64,000 nucleotides of DNA from Eledone cirrhosa (Eukaryota). The stretch lies in contig OZ024741.1 in the NCBI GenBank assembly GCA_964016885.1, positions 388,368,001 through 388,432,000 of the forward strand, read 5' to 3'. The position numbers and the translations under genes are program-made. The notes below the pieces were generated by a model, which had not been told where the DNA came from, did not search any database, and worked only from the letters and a program-made list of their open reading frames with translations. This document shows positions 51,639-64,000 of this stretch, in pieces. Position 1 is the first letter of the stretch; every line of letters begins with the position of its first letter.

Positions 51639-51840
51639 CACAGACTTACACACAAACACACATGCACCCATCCATAGTTTTCAATCCTTATACAATGTAT
51701 ACATACATACATGCACACATACATATCAATACATTGTAAAGTGGTGTCCAAGCATTCACGCAGTTTAATGACTAAAACCAGTAAAAACATGTGGGACATA
51801 AAAGACACAAACTCGGAATGTCTTTTATATATATATATAT

Positions 51841-52487
51841 ATCATCATCATCATCATCATCACCGTTTTACGTCCGTTCTTCCTTCCACGCTAGCATGGG
51901 TTAGACGGATTCTCCTGTTGTGGGCAGTGTCTGGTCGGCTGACCATGCCTTGCTCATACAAGAACTGATTCTGGCTTGATTTCTACAGCTGGATGCCCTT
52001 CCTAATACCAACCTCATTTACAGTGAGTGTGTGGGGGGGGGGGGGGGGGGGGGGGCATATTGTCTATATGCTTCAGCTTCGGATTGTTCCTGTGGAGGGT
52101 CGGGTCTTCTGTATTACTGCATGACGCCAGAGGTCACGGTTGTGTGTCATTGCCTTTGAGAGGTGTAATTGAGCAAGGTCGGCCTTTATCTCAGGTCATC
52201 TTGGGTCTCTCCACTCCGCAGTTTCCACCGACTTCTAGTGCTCTGCACCTTTTTATGCAGCTGTCATCCTTCATACGCATCACATGTCCATACCAACGCA
52301 ACCTCCTCTCCTGCACATAGCATTTGATTCCTCTTATGCTCAGTCTCTCTCTCAATTCGTTTATGCTTTGCTATTCGCGTATATAACTATTACACATCCA
52401 TCGGAGCATGCAGGCTTCGCTTCTTTCTAATCTACACACAATGCCAGGTCTCACTTCCATGTAACATTGCTGTTTGTATTCACGCAT

Positions 52488-52490
<3 letters not shown>
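51841..52490 (-). mobile_element. RTE family B 3' fragment
   Basis: Similar to 15884-16620, with deletions. Confidence 0.85.
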
Positions 52491-52563
<73 letters not shown>

Positions 52564-52663
52564 TATATACATATATATATACATATATATATACATATAT
52601 ACATATATATATACATATATATATACATATATACATATATATATACATATATATATACATATA

Positions 52664-52709
<46 letters not shown>

Positions 52710-52774
52710 CATATATACATATATACATACATATATATATATACATACATATATATATATATACATATATATAT

Positions 52775-52805
<31 letters not shown>

Positions 52806-52944
52806 TACACACACATATATATGTATATATGTAAAAGGTAAACGGAAACATCAAAGCAAATAACACAGTACAATGAATAAATATAAGCAGGGAAAAGCGG
52901 ACGTAAAATGATGATGATGATAATGCTTGATATAGTAGAAAAAG

Positions 52945-52985
52945 AGTCTTAACGTTTCAGACACTAGTCCTTCATCAGTAGATAG
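52945..52985 (-). ncRNA. Minimal hammerhead motif (PLE pLTR remnant)
   Basis: Minus: CTGATGA-A-GGAC-tagt-GTCT-GAAA-CGTT. Confidence 0.65.
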
Positions 52986-53184
52986 AAGGAGAAATAAAAG
53001 ATGAAATAGAAAGATAGAGAGTGAGAAGAGGAAGGAACGGAAAGACATTCCCTTAATACTATATAATATGTACCTTGCTCATATAGGACCGGGTCTTGTG
53101 TATTGGTTGGGTCTTTAGGGGTGCTAGATGTCCTTCCAACAGCAACCATGTTTACAGTGTGGAACTGTAGCAAAATCTGTCCAC

Positions 53185-53255
53185 ACCTTGACCCTGAGTG
53201 ATATTTAACCTTGACCCTGGGTGATATTTAACCTTGACCCTGGGTGATATTTAAC
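53185..53255. repeat. About 23-bp tandem repeat x3 (accttgaccctgggtgatattta)
   Basis: Directly visible. Confidence 0.85.
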
Positions 53256-53734
53256 AGTCATTTTCTGAGTTATCTCCTTTCGGGCGTAAACAAGTCTGAA
53301 AGTGGACGACGAGGGCCTGAGGAAGCGACAGATATAAACAGCCTGCCCTAGACTAGCAGAGGCAGCAGTTTGGGGCAGTTCTTGATAGAGTAAACATGTA
53401 AAACATTTGCTTTCTACAGACCCCTTGGGGTCCTACAGGTGCTTACAGACTCTTACTTTCTCTCTTTCACTCAATCTCTATCTCTTGGTCTCTCTCTTAA
53501 CCAAGACAGTGGATTTCATGAGGTTTTCTTGGTAAATACAATTTAATTCTACTTTTACAAACAAACAAATAATGTACATAATTCTTGTCTATTTTTTGTA
53601 TAACTCCAGCGTGAGTTATTTTCAATTAATAATATAGCGGTTTGGTGTCATCGTGGTTTATTTATATATATTCATTTTCTGCGTGATCAAGGAACTATCA
53701 TATCATCATCATCTTATTGAACTCATTTACCTGC

Positions 53735-53878
53735 ACACATGCAACCTCTGGTCACACTGTAACACACAACAGTGACCACATGACACATGCAACCTCTGAT
53801 CACACTGTATCACATAACAGTGACCACATGACACATGCAACCTCTGGTCACACTGTATCACACAACAGTGACCACACC
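53735..53878. repeat. About 48-bp tandem repeat x3
   Basis: acacatgcaacctctggtcacactgtatcacacaacagtgaccacatg units. Confidence 0.85.
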
Positions 53879-54739
53879 ACACAGCAAGCTAGAAGTGAGC
53901 ACACACGCAACAAATGAATCAACACCACAACACAATAAACTAACCAACACAACCATCCATAATAATTGCTATAGAACTGCTTGTTCTTGTTATGCAGGAA
54001 GACTTGCCAGTTTGCCTCACTGGACCTTGCTCATACAGGACCACATTTTGACTGGGTTTTTACAGCTGCTGGATGCCCTTCTTAACACCAACCATGTTTA
54101 AAGTCTGGGACTGGGTGGTCCTGCTAATGAGGCAAGTCTGGCCAGTTGGCTGCACTGTACCTTGCTTATACTGGACCATGTTTTGGCTTCTTGATGTCCT
54201 TCCTAATAATAACCATGTTTACAGTGTGGAACTATATATATATAGTATTATTGGGGATGTTTGCCTGTATCAAAGACTGTATCAACAGCAAATAAAAAAA
54301 AAAATGAATAAGCTTTGCCATTGAGTAAAGAATCCCTATGAAAATATCTATGGTATACTATGCTGAAATATTGTATTAATAACATTTCGCCCCCCCCCCC
54401 CCCCCTCTCTCTCTCTATATATATATATATAAATAGTCACTTTGGAACCCTCAATAATGTAGATGGCTTCCAAAATGACTATTTCTAATATTCCAGAATG
54501 CTTCAAGCAAACTTTAACACTTTCTTATATATATTATATATCCAATCCAGGCTTTTCTCACTCCTATTGAAGATAGCCCTCCATGGTCTCTGGTTGACTT
54601 CCACTGCTTTCTGTTTGGTTTTGACCAATTGTGAATTGGTGAGATTATTTAACCCTTTAGTTAGGGCAGATGGCTATTGAACCTTAGGAGTTCATCAGCC
54701 CTTTTAACAGCTCTTGTTTTTGACAGCATTCTTCACTCT

Positions 54740-55765
54740 TTGAGACAACATCTGGTGTAATACAGGGATTTGTTCTTGGTCCCCTTTTGTTTGTTGTATA
54801 TATTAATGACATAGATGCCAACTTAAAGAATGTCCCAGTACTGAAATATGCAGATGACATCAAGCTGTACCTTGAAATAAAAAAGACAGATCCTGTATGT
54901 TATAGATCTTTCCTGAAATCAGACCTAGACACAATGCAGCAATGAATTACAGACTGGCAACTGAAGCTGGCTGTGGATAAGTGTACCACCATGCATTTTG
55001 AGAGGAAAAAACTTAGCTTTCACTTTCTCCCTCCATAACACCAATCTCAAGAAGTCTTCTTGTTAATGAGTCCTGGGCATTATTGTCAAGTTTCTTAGCA
55101 TCACTCAGTAAGATCTTTTTCAGCTGCTTTCCAGCTATCTATTTAAAGCTGTATATAGCTATGGTGCATCCAGACTTAGAATTTGCATCACCTGTCTGGA
55201 AACCTTATCTTGCTCAGAATATTGAGTTCCTGGAAACCTTTCAGAGACGTGCAACCAAACGAATACCCTCTGTCAGGCATCTACCATATTCTGAATGCTT
55301 TGCTTCCCTGGGTATGAATACATTAAAACTACAACATCTAGTGACTAACTTGGTAGACAGCCACAATATTATTGACCATCTTTCCACTGAGCACCTTCTT
55401 AAATCCCATGTGTCTAACATCCGTGGACATGCTTACAAAATCCAAAAACAGTACAGCTTCCATGACTTTCAGAAACATTTTTTCATGCTTTAGAGTCGCT
55501 GAAGTATGGAACAAACTACCTTCATCAGTTGTTAGCTATCAGGACACTGCATCCTTTAAAACCTCCATGCTTCCCGAAATTCGTCAACACTACACCTTAT
55601 ATTCCCTCTCCATACACACGCATGCATGTGTATGTGTGTGTCTATGTACATCATGACTTATACACTGTTCACTTTCCTGACATTTGTACATTATTCTATG
55701 TACTATACATGCACCTTTGATGAGTTGTAGAGCACCTGAGCACTGTACACGATCATTTTCATTAT
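54740..55765 (+). mobile_element. CR1-like LINE RT and 3' fragment, degenerate
   Basis: QGFVLGPLLFVVYIND, KYADDIKL, LEFASPVWKP. Confidence 0.85.
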
Positions 55766-55776
55766 ATATATATATA

Positions 55777-56064
55777 TCATCATCACCGTTTTATGTCCAT
55801 TCTTCCATGCTAGCATGGGTTAGACGGGTTGTCCTGTTGTGAGCAATGTCCAGTCGGCTGACCTTGTCTTGCTCATACGGGAACTGATTCTGACTTGATT
55901 TCTACAGCTAGATGCCCTTCCTAACACCAACCTCATTTACAGTGAGTGCTGGGTGCTTTTTTGCCGTGGCACCTACACGTCCACTTTGCAGGGGGAGGGG
56001 GTGGGGGGCATATCGTCTATATGCTTCAGCTTTGGCTTGTATCCGTGGGGAGTCGGGTCTTCTG
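55777..56064 (-). mobile_element. RTE family B tail
   Basis: Similar to 15884-16220. Confidence 0.8.
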
Positions 56065-56081
56065 TATATATATATATATAT

Positions 56082-56328
56082 ATAATATACTGTATGTTTA
56101 TTTTAAAACATTTTGAAGACCTTTCGCTAAGAGTTTTAAAGTAGTGACTACGTCACATACTTAGTCTTGGCAAAAGCAAAAGGAAGTAATCGAAGTTAGT
56201 ACTGTTTCTCATTTGTAAGATTACTCCCCTTTGTTTTTGCCAAGACTAAGTATGTGACGTAGTCACTACTTTAAAACTCTTAGCGAAAGGTCTTCAAAAT
56301 GTTTTAAAATAAACATACAGTATATTAT
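56082..56328. mobile_element. Fold-back element, about 110-bp arms, variant hammerhead-like motif in arms
   Basis: Arms 56082-56191 and 56219-56328. Confidence 0.85.
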
Positions 56329-56413
56329 CAAATATACTATACATACATTCATATATACATTGCTATTTCAGAGCACCAATACTAATTTATATATATGTAT
56401 ATATATACTGTAT

Positions 56414-57082
56414 ATCATCATCATCATCATCATCATCATCATCGTTTAACGTCCATCTTCCACGCTTGCATGGGTTTGGACAGGAGCTTTCCCACTTGAG
56501 GCAATATTGGTTGTCCTGCTCGTATAGGATTGTCTGGCGGGTTTTCTACATTTACAGTGTGGACTGGGAGGTTTTTACTGTGTTACCTACACGGCCACAT
56601 TACAGCGTGGGCTCTGTGTTTTTTTGTCGTGACACCTACATGTCTGGCGGGTTTTCTACGGCTGGGCGCCCTTCCCAACACCAACCACGTTTACAGTGTG
56701 TACTGGGAACTTTTTACTGTGTTACCTACACGGCCACATTACAGCGTGGACTGTGTGTTTTTTTGTCGTGACACCTACACGATCTCATTTGTTTCGGACT
56801 GGATGTTGTGGTACCAACATAACTTCACATTTAAGGGGGTGGTGTGGATAAGGTGGGGGTAGTGGGATGGGTGTATTTTGTTAGAGGTGCCTACTGACTG
56901 TAGGTTTCGCTTTGTACTTAGGCAAGGCGGGTCTTCTGTATAACTGTGTAGCGCCAAAGATCTCGGTCCAATGACATTGTCTTGGAGAGGTGTAAGTGTG
57001 TGAGGTCAGAATTTATCAAGTTGTCCCAGGTTTTTCTGGGTCTGCCTACTCCGTGGCTACTGTCTATTTTTATCGCCCTGCA
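56414..57082 (-). mobile_element. RTE family A 3' fragment
   Basis: Tail, duplicated UTR segment, GRPRKTWD C-terminus. Confidence 0.88.
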
Positions 57083-57099
57083 TATATATATATATATAT

Positions 57100-57265
57100 A
57101 TATGTATTTGAATTTCATATTTCTAAAGAAAAACGGTATGTTTATAAATAAACATTTAGAAAACACTGGCAGCTAATGCCATCGGCGGTGCCCAGCAGAA
57201 GCAAGGAAGACAATTGTCGATGCATTTCGAACTCAACTGGTTCCTGTTAGGGCGATCTCTTCTGC
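57100..57265 (-). mobile_element. pLTR-like remnant with degenerate hammerhead
   Basis: Minus: CAGAAGA-ga...tc-GAAA-TGCA-TC; (TA)n on both sides; related to 50385-50725. Confidence 0.5.
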
Positions 57266-57369
57266 TATATATATATATACATATATATATAGTAAAATAA
57301 TGGAGCAAAGGACTCGCGTATAATCCTGTAATTAAATGAGCTGTAAAGGAAAACACACTCTCCTGTTAT

Positions 57370-57716
57370 CATTTCATCATCATTTCATTTTACGTCCGCT
57401 TTTCCCTGCTTGCAAGGGTGGGACGGGAATTGATTCTGGCTTGATTTCTACAGCTGGATGCCCTTCCTAACACCAACCTCATATACAGTGAGTGCTGGGT
57501 GTTTTTTTTGCCGTGGCACCTCCACGACCACTTTGCAGTGGAATGATATGGGTCCCAGTCCCTACCATCTCATTTCTACAGCTGAGTAAACTGGAGCAAT
57601 GTGAAATAAAGTGTCTTGCTCAAGGAAACAACACATCACCCAATCTGAGAATTGAACTCACAACCTTTCGATTGCAAGGCCAATGCTCTAACCACTAAGC
57701 CAGCCATGTGCCTCCT
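57370..57716 (-). mobile_element. Full-length tRNA-derived SINE with RTE-derived tail
   Basis: A-box TGGCTTAGTGG, B-box GAGTTCAATTC, core ttgagcaagacacttt, tail gttaggaagggcatccagctgtagaaatc...ggacgtaaaatg(atg)n shared with RTE-B. Confidence 0.85.
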
Positions 57717-57726
57717 GTATATATAT

Positions 57727-58772
57727 ATCATCATCATCATCATCATCATCGTTTAACGTCTATTTTCCACACTAGCATGGGTCTGGACGGGAATTGTCCC
57801 ACTTGAGGCAAGATTGGTTGTCTTGCTCAGGACTGTCTGGCGGGTTTTCTACGGCTGGATGTCCTTCCTAACACCAACCACGTTTACAGTGTGGACTGGG
57901 AGGTTTTTACCATGTTACCTACATGGCCACATTACAGCGTGGACTGTGTGTTTTATTGTCGTGACACCTGCACGTCTGGCGGGTTTTCTACGGCTGGGTG
58001 CCCTTCCCGACACCAACCACGTTTACAGTGTGTACTGGGAGGTTTTTACCGTGTTGCCTACACGGCCACATTACAGCGTGAACTGTGTATTTTTTTGTCA
58101 CGACCTCATTTGTTTCGTACTGGATGTTGTGGTACCAACAAAACTTCACATTTAAGGGGGTGTTGTGGATGGGGTGGGGGTAGTGGGACGGGGGTGTATT
58201 TTGTTAGAGGTGCCTACTGAGTGTAGGTTTCGCTTTGTACTTAGGCAAGGCGTGGTCTTCTGTATAACTGTTTAGCGCCAAAGATCTCGGTCCAATGACA
58301 TTGTCTTGGAGAGGTGTAAGTGTGTGAGGTCAGAATTTATCAAGTCATCCCACGTTTTTCTGGGTCTGCCTATTCCGTGGCTACCGTCTATTTTTATCGC
58401 CCTACACTTTTTTATACAGCTGTCGTCTTTCATGCGCATCACGTGACCGTACCAACGTAGTCTTCTCTTGAGTAAACAACATCTGATCCCTCTTATTCCT
58501 AATTTCTCCCTTAGTTCGTTTATGCTTTGCCGTTCACGTATATTACTATTACACATCCAGCGGAGCATGCAAGCTCTCCAGTCTGTGTATATCCTCTGCA
58601 AACAATGCCCATGTCTCACTGCCATGTAACATTGCTGTTCGTATGCAGGCATCATACAGCCTGCCTTTCATTTTTAGAGAGAACCCTTTAGCGGCTAATA
58701 GTGGTATAAGCTCTCTGAACTTTTTCTATCCCGTTCTGACTCTAGCTACTGTACTTTCAGAGTACCCTCCCC
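57727..58772 (-). mobile_element. RTE family A 3' fragment
   Basis: ORF 58272-58655; (GAT)n tail. Confidence 0.9.
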
Positions 58773-58802
58773 CATATATATATATATATATATATTATTT
58801 TA

Positions 58803-58835
<33 letters not shown>

Positions 58836-58841
<6 letters not shown>

Positions 58842-59345
58842 AAGAGAAGTGTGTTACACAGTGAGATGTGTGTAAAAAATTATTACTAGTGAGTTTACCG
58901 TTACTGAACAATATCTACAGGTTTAGCAATTAAATAGAAAAACACTAAGCCAGAATCAAATCTCTGGATTTGAGTTTTAAATTACCAACCTTCTTACTAT
59001 ATTTTGCTGATACGAATCTCGTTTCGTTTCATCCAGAGATTTGATTCTGGCTTAGTTTTTTTCTATTTAATTGCTAAATCTGTAGATATTGTTCTCTATA
59101 CAGTAACGGTAAACTCACTTGTAATAATTCTTTACACACATCTCACTGTGTAACACACTTCTCTTTGTGTAATATATAGTTGCATTTGAGCTCAGAAGGA
59201 ACTTCTCTATTCTTCTTTGAGCTAATACTATTATTATTATTACAGTGAACTGCGGAATACTCTTAATTCTGATCTTTGTATACTTAATGAGCTCCAAATT
59301 GTTGAGCTAATAAATTCGAATGGTTGGGCTGCACTTTCTAGCGTC
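58836..59345. mobile_element. Fold-back element, about 135-bp arms plus extension
   Basis: Arms 58836-58969 and 59031-59171; (TA)n flanks. Confidence 0.85.
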
Positions 59346-59384
59346 TATATATATAGCGTATATATATATATATATATATATATA

Positions 59385-59810
59385 TGCAAAAGTTCTATTT
59401 AAAATTGTTGGGATACAACAAGTAAATATTTTTATAACTGATATAAAGCACTCGACAAGTATTTGGAGTAGATATACGATATTAATAAATGGAAACTATA
59501 TTTATAAAACCATATTTATTTCATTATACATATTTCAGGGATACCAAATTAAATTATGGTATGCCTTCATCAGACAAAATACAATAAATGCAACCATTAT
59601 TTTTGGAAGCCATCTGGATACTATCCAGATGGCTTCCAAAAATAATGGTTGCATTTTAAAAGGGTACGTCAAAGCTTATTTGTAAAACTGTTATATATTG
59701 TATTTTGTCTGATGAAGGCATACCATAATTTAATTTGGTATCCCTGCAATATGTATAATGAAATAAATATGGTTTTATAAATATAGTTTCCATTTATTAA
59801 TATCGTATAT
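59385..59810. mobile_element. Nested fold-back: 115-bp hammerhead-bearing arms around a perfect 35-bp hairpin
   Basis: Outer arms 59472-59586 and 59696-59810; inner hairpin 59586-59656. Confidence 0.85.
59518..59580 (-). ncRNA. Type I hammerhead ribozyme motif
   Basis: Minus: attttgt-CTGATGA-aggcatacca..tggtatccct-GAAA-tatgta-TA-atgaaat; all three stems present. Confidence 0.78.
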
Positions 59811-59820
59811 ATATATATAT

Positions 59821-59962
59821 ATTGGTAAACGGAATAGAAAATGCTGACAAATTGTTCACAGTGAAAAATAGTTTAATTAGGAATAAATGAGAATTAGTAA
59901 TTCTCATTTATTCCTAATTAAACTATTTTTCACTGTGAACATTTTCTATTCCGTTTACCAAT
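59821..59962. repeat. Fold-back hairpin, about 65-75-bp arms, 1-nt loop
   Basis: Apex gagaatta-g-taattctc at 59897; 11-bp indel between the arms. Confidence 0.85.
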
Positions 59963-59996
59963 ATATAATAACTTGTGTGTTACACCTCTATTTTTT

Positions 59997-60041
<45 letters not shown>

Positions 60042-61599
60042 GAGGTAAATATCTCACTGGGTACAAAGTACCCATAGAGATATATAGGGTGTCCATAATA
60101 TAATTGTTGTTCTATGGTACTAATCGAGATACCAAAACTATAAAAATTGATGAGCAGAACAAACAAACATTAAACAATCCTTTAAATGAATTAAAAAATG
60201 ATTTAAATATCTACCTGTTCATAATGCTATTACCGCCGGTTTCCATTTACAAAAGATTAGAAATTCAGAGAATTTCCAACGGAAAGTAAATTTCATCAGA
60301 TAGCTATTTCCATTCTATAGGACTTAAGTCCCACGGTCTGCAAATATAATGCCAACTACCAGCTGGTATGAGTTATGGCCGATTGGTATTATATTTCTCT
60401 TAATCGAAACCATCGTAGAAATAAATATTTACTAACTAATTAACAGTTTGGGAAGAACACATTGATCATGGCAGTCTCGCTATTTTGGGGAATCTTCACA
60501 ATAAACACTCAGTACATACTGTACAGTGGTTGGTGATAGGAAGGGCATCCAACCGTAGAAAGTTTGCCAAACAATGGGTTGGGAGGACTCTCAGTTGTGT
60601 CAAAGACAATACAACCTCTCTTGAGCACTCGGCAGAACTGATTGGTCTATGCAGATCTGCCCTAGCAGGGAAAGCAGACATTAGAATGACAATAATGATG
60701 GTGATACAGACACATACACATATATGTATATGCTTGTTTTATAGATTTGTGTAATCAATGCACTAAACATACACTGAATAAAATATTCATGTAACATCTA
60801 CATAGTTAAAATATTACAGTAACACCCTGCTTAACACTACTCTGTTCAGTATTATTTTTTCTTGGAGACAGTATTTTAAGTCAGATAACACTGCATTATT
60901 ATAATAATTGTATACTAATATATAAGAAACTATGATTCACATTCATACATAGTTCAGCAATGTACATGTATTGTTCACACAATTGTTTTGTCCATATTGA
61001 GAAGGAAATAGTCTTTAACTCTAAGTGCTTAAAATTCATCTACTGTTTTGAAAAATGCATCACATTGGATGTAAAACTTCAAGTGTCAAGGCAGTTAGAA
61101 GCTGGCTAATGTCAAGTGTATGTAGGTAAGTCCAGTAGCATAACTAGTAGTTGGGTGGTGGGCAACACTTTTATGGGGACAGCACTTTTGGGTCTGCTAT
61201 AAGTGTTCTTTTAATGCTGCAGCACTGCTGTGTGTAGGAGATGCCATCTTCGTTGTTATATAAATTTCATTTATTTTTCTTGACAGAAGTTCATTTGAGG
61301 GTATGTGTTGCTCTATTTTTGTTTTTTGGACCTGGATTTTCTGGACAGACGAATTTTATGTGTGATTATTGTATTCCAGCTTCTTCAATATTCACTTTCC
61401 TTGCCATTAAATTACCATCAGTATATTATTTGCTTTCTGATAAAAAGTTACCTATAGAATGTTCCATTCTCCGATACTTGATGGTGTAAGGTAGGTTTTA
61501 GTAAATAGTGTGTATCATATGTATTTTACAATAGGTAAATATAGTGTTTCACAATTACTACTACTACTGAAGCTGGAGAAGTTTCCGAATCCAAATCAT

Positions 61600-62238
61600 T
61601 ACCAACGTCAATGGATTCAACTTTAAGTGATTTGTCAACTTCAACTCCTTCAAGTGATGAAGAACATAAGGAAGAAAATATTTTGCAACTAGCTGTGGAC
61701 AGAGTGGATATAAAAGATGTTGGCTTATGGCCAAGCAAGATTAGCAATGACACACATCTTTCTGGTACGTTAAGGTGCGATTGTAGTTCAAAATCTAGAT
61801 TCTGATTTTGGTGAAGTAATTCATCAAGGTGAGTCAAACAAAGGACAAACTAGAAAACCAACACACAAGTGGTTTTTTTCAAACTCTGCCAAATGGCAAA
61901 AGAATGTTGAGATCATGGATGGTGTACTCCCCTTCCAAGGAAGCTCTTTACTGATTTTGTTGCAAACAGTTTTCAGACAAAAGTAACTAAAAATTTAATT
62001 CTGGGGATGGATTCAACACATGGTGAAAACTGAATCCTAGAATATCCGAGCATGAATCCAATGGAGCTCATGTTCAGAATTTCACACACTGGAAGGAATT
62101 GAGAATTAGGATTGCTCGTGGAGCAACAATTGATAAAAAGAATAAGAAGTTGTTGAAAGCCTTGTGAAAAGATTGCTTGATATTATCAGGTTCTTAGCTA
62201 AACAGAATTTGGCTTTACAAGGCTACCGAGAAGAATTA
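61600..62238 (+). pseudogene. hAT transposase N-terminal relic (TTF-type zinc finger, ZMYM1-like)
   Basis: RSWMVYSPSKEALY*FCCK, GFNTW, SEHESNGAH, IIRFLAKQNLALQG in broken frames. Confidence 0.7.
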
Positions 62239-64000
62239 CACTGGTCAACAAAATAAAATGTATATACTCATTATGAATGTAAGCCAACTTTTTTAGACTA
62301 ATTTTTCATGCTGATTTCAAAATTTCACTCCATTTATATGCAGCACGTTCCAGCTTTTCAGTAGATACATGCAAATATTTACATATTTGTATATATGAAA
62401 TCATTAACATAATAAATAAGGACATATTATTTTTAGAAAGTAAATGAGTTTATTGAGTTAAAAATCATCACTATCATTCTACAAAGAGTGAATACACAAA
62501 AAATGGGTCAGACAAAACAAAGTCAGAACAACAGAGTTAGAAACATTGTGATTTTGATTTCCTATGGTGTTCCTGATCTGGTTGATCATGGTAAAGTGTC
62601 CAGCAGTAGTCAGCCAGCATACTGTCATTCCAGAAGCCTTGGTACCGTTTCTCCATAGCACTAATGTCCTGGTGAAATCTTTCACCATATTCATCAGACA
62701 CTGCTCTGCTCCAAGGTTATCTGCAAAGAAATCCAGATGGGAGTCCAAGAAGTGAACTTTCAGTGACATGCGACAACCCATTGCTGAGTAACATTTCAGA
62801 AGATTCTTGATACCATCCTTGTAGTCCATTGCCTTCTTGTTGCCCAAGAAATTTTCACAGATTCAATTGAAAGCATTCCAGGCAGGCAGTTCCAGTTCAT
62901 CCAGTGTTGTCTTGCAGTTGACATCTTTGAGTACTTCTCTAATTTGGGGTCCAACAAAAATACTCTCTTTCAACTTTGCTTGTGTGATTTTGGGAAACTT
63001 TTCTACAATATACTTAAATCCTCTGGCATTTCTCTTCCCTAGTCTCTTTACAAACTGTTTCATCAGTCCAAGCTTTATGTGCAATGGAGGCAATAAGATA
63101 TTACATGGATCTACAAGAGGTGTATTCTTGATGCTAGACAGTCCTGGCTGGTATGATGTTCTTGTCTGCCAGTTTGATTCCAAATAATGTCTGTCAGTTG
63201 CCCAACTATCCCATAGACACAAGAAGCAGCATTATTTTGTGAAACCTGATTGCATTCCCATTAACATTCCAATGACTTTTAAATCTCCACACATTTTCCA
63301 TGAGTATCTTTCATAGGCAATGGCATGAAGTAAAAGTTCCATATTTTCATAGGATTCATGAAGATGAATGGAGTGTGCAATAGGAATGGAGGGCTTCAAA
63401 TTACCATTATGGAAAATTACAGCTTTTAAACTTCGTTTTGTAGAGTCAATAAACAAACACAACTCTGCAGGATCATGATTTTGTGATACACATTCGAAAA
63501 GTCCATTGATGTTACTGCAAAATCAAAGTGGGCCTTCAACAGAAAAACATGTTTGTAGAACCACATTTCTCTGCCAAAAATAAGTTATACAAACACCGTG
63601 CTCTAGCAGATACTACTCCTTCAGTCTTGATGCCAACAGTCTGCTTTATCTTTTGAGAGGGATAGGTCTCTGACAAGGTCATTCAGTTCAGCTTGGGAAA
63701 ATATCTGAGGTTCAAAGCTATCGTCATAAGCCACGTAATCTTCCTCAGCAGCACTATCGGGACTGTCAGCATCATCTGATGTTTCAATACCATCATTTGG
63801 TGGAACTGGAATTGGCAGACTTCCATTGTGAGGCACAGGTCTCATTGCAGGATCCAAATTGGGATACACAATTTTGTGTTTATTCTTCATAGAAAATCCT
63901 GTGACATTTACTTTGCAAAAATAACAGTCATTGAAATGGTCTTTCGGCTCCCTCCATATCATTGGAATGGCAAAAGGCATGGACTTCCTCTTCTTATTGA
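62239..64000 (-). mobile_element. Chapaev3-like (CMC) DNA transposon, frameshifted, continues beyond the window
   Basis: WREPKDHFNDCYFC, LFIDSTKRSLKAV, GDLKV, CLWDS, LLPPLHIKLGLMKQFVK, MSLKVHFLDSHLDFF; terminus CACTG preceded by TTA. Confidence 0.75.

Noticed and set aside
53185-53878. Short regular repeats as a CRISPR array
   Set aside because: No unique spacers, no cas genes, eukaryotic context.
57640-57716. tRNA gene
   Set aside because: A and B boxes are present but continue into a SINE core and LINE tail; no clear acceptor stem.

Overview
Eukaryotic, almost entirely repeat-derived DNA. The SINE/LINE repertoire and dense (TA)n/(CA)n/(ATGT)n microsatellites suggest a mollusc, probably a coleoid cephalopod (inference). 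No host gene is confidently identifiable. The window holds many RTE-clade LINE copies with (GAT)n tails, one with an uninterrupted 1039-aa APE-RT ORF; a C4HC3 PHD-like finger sits inside the RT of these copies. It also holds two 5'-truncated Penelope-like elements (RT plus C-terminal GIY-YIG), R4/Dong-like, CR1-like and Tx1-like LINE relics, two tRNA-derived SINE families, and DNA transposon relics (DD37D/maT, hAT, piggyBac-like MITE, Chapaev3). The most striking unexplained structure is about a dozen mostly unrelated fold-back (inverted-repeat) inserts sitting in (TA)n tracts. Several carry type I hammerhead ribozyme motifs, including U3-A8 core variants. The same head-to-head geometry, with both 3' ends in (TA)n, also occurs with non-identical arms (a PLE with a different element, and RTE with RTE). 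All coordinates and foldings were read by eye and are approximate.
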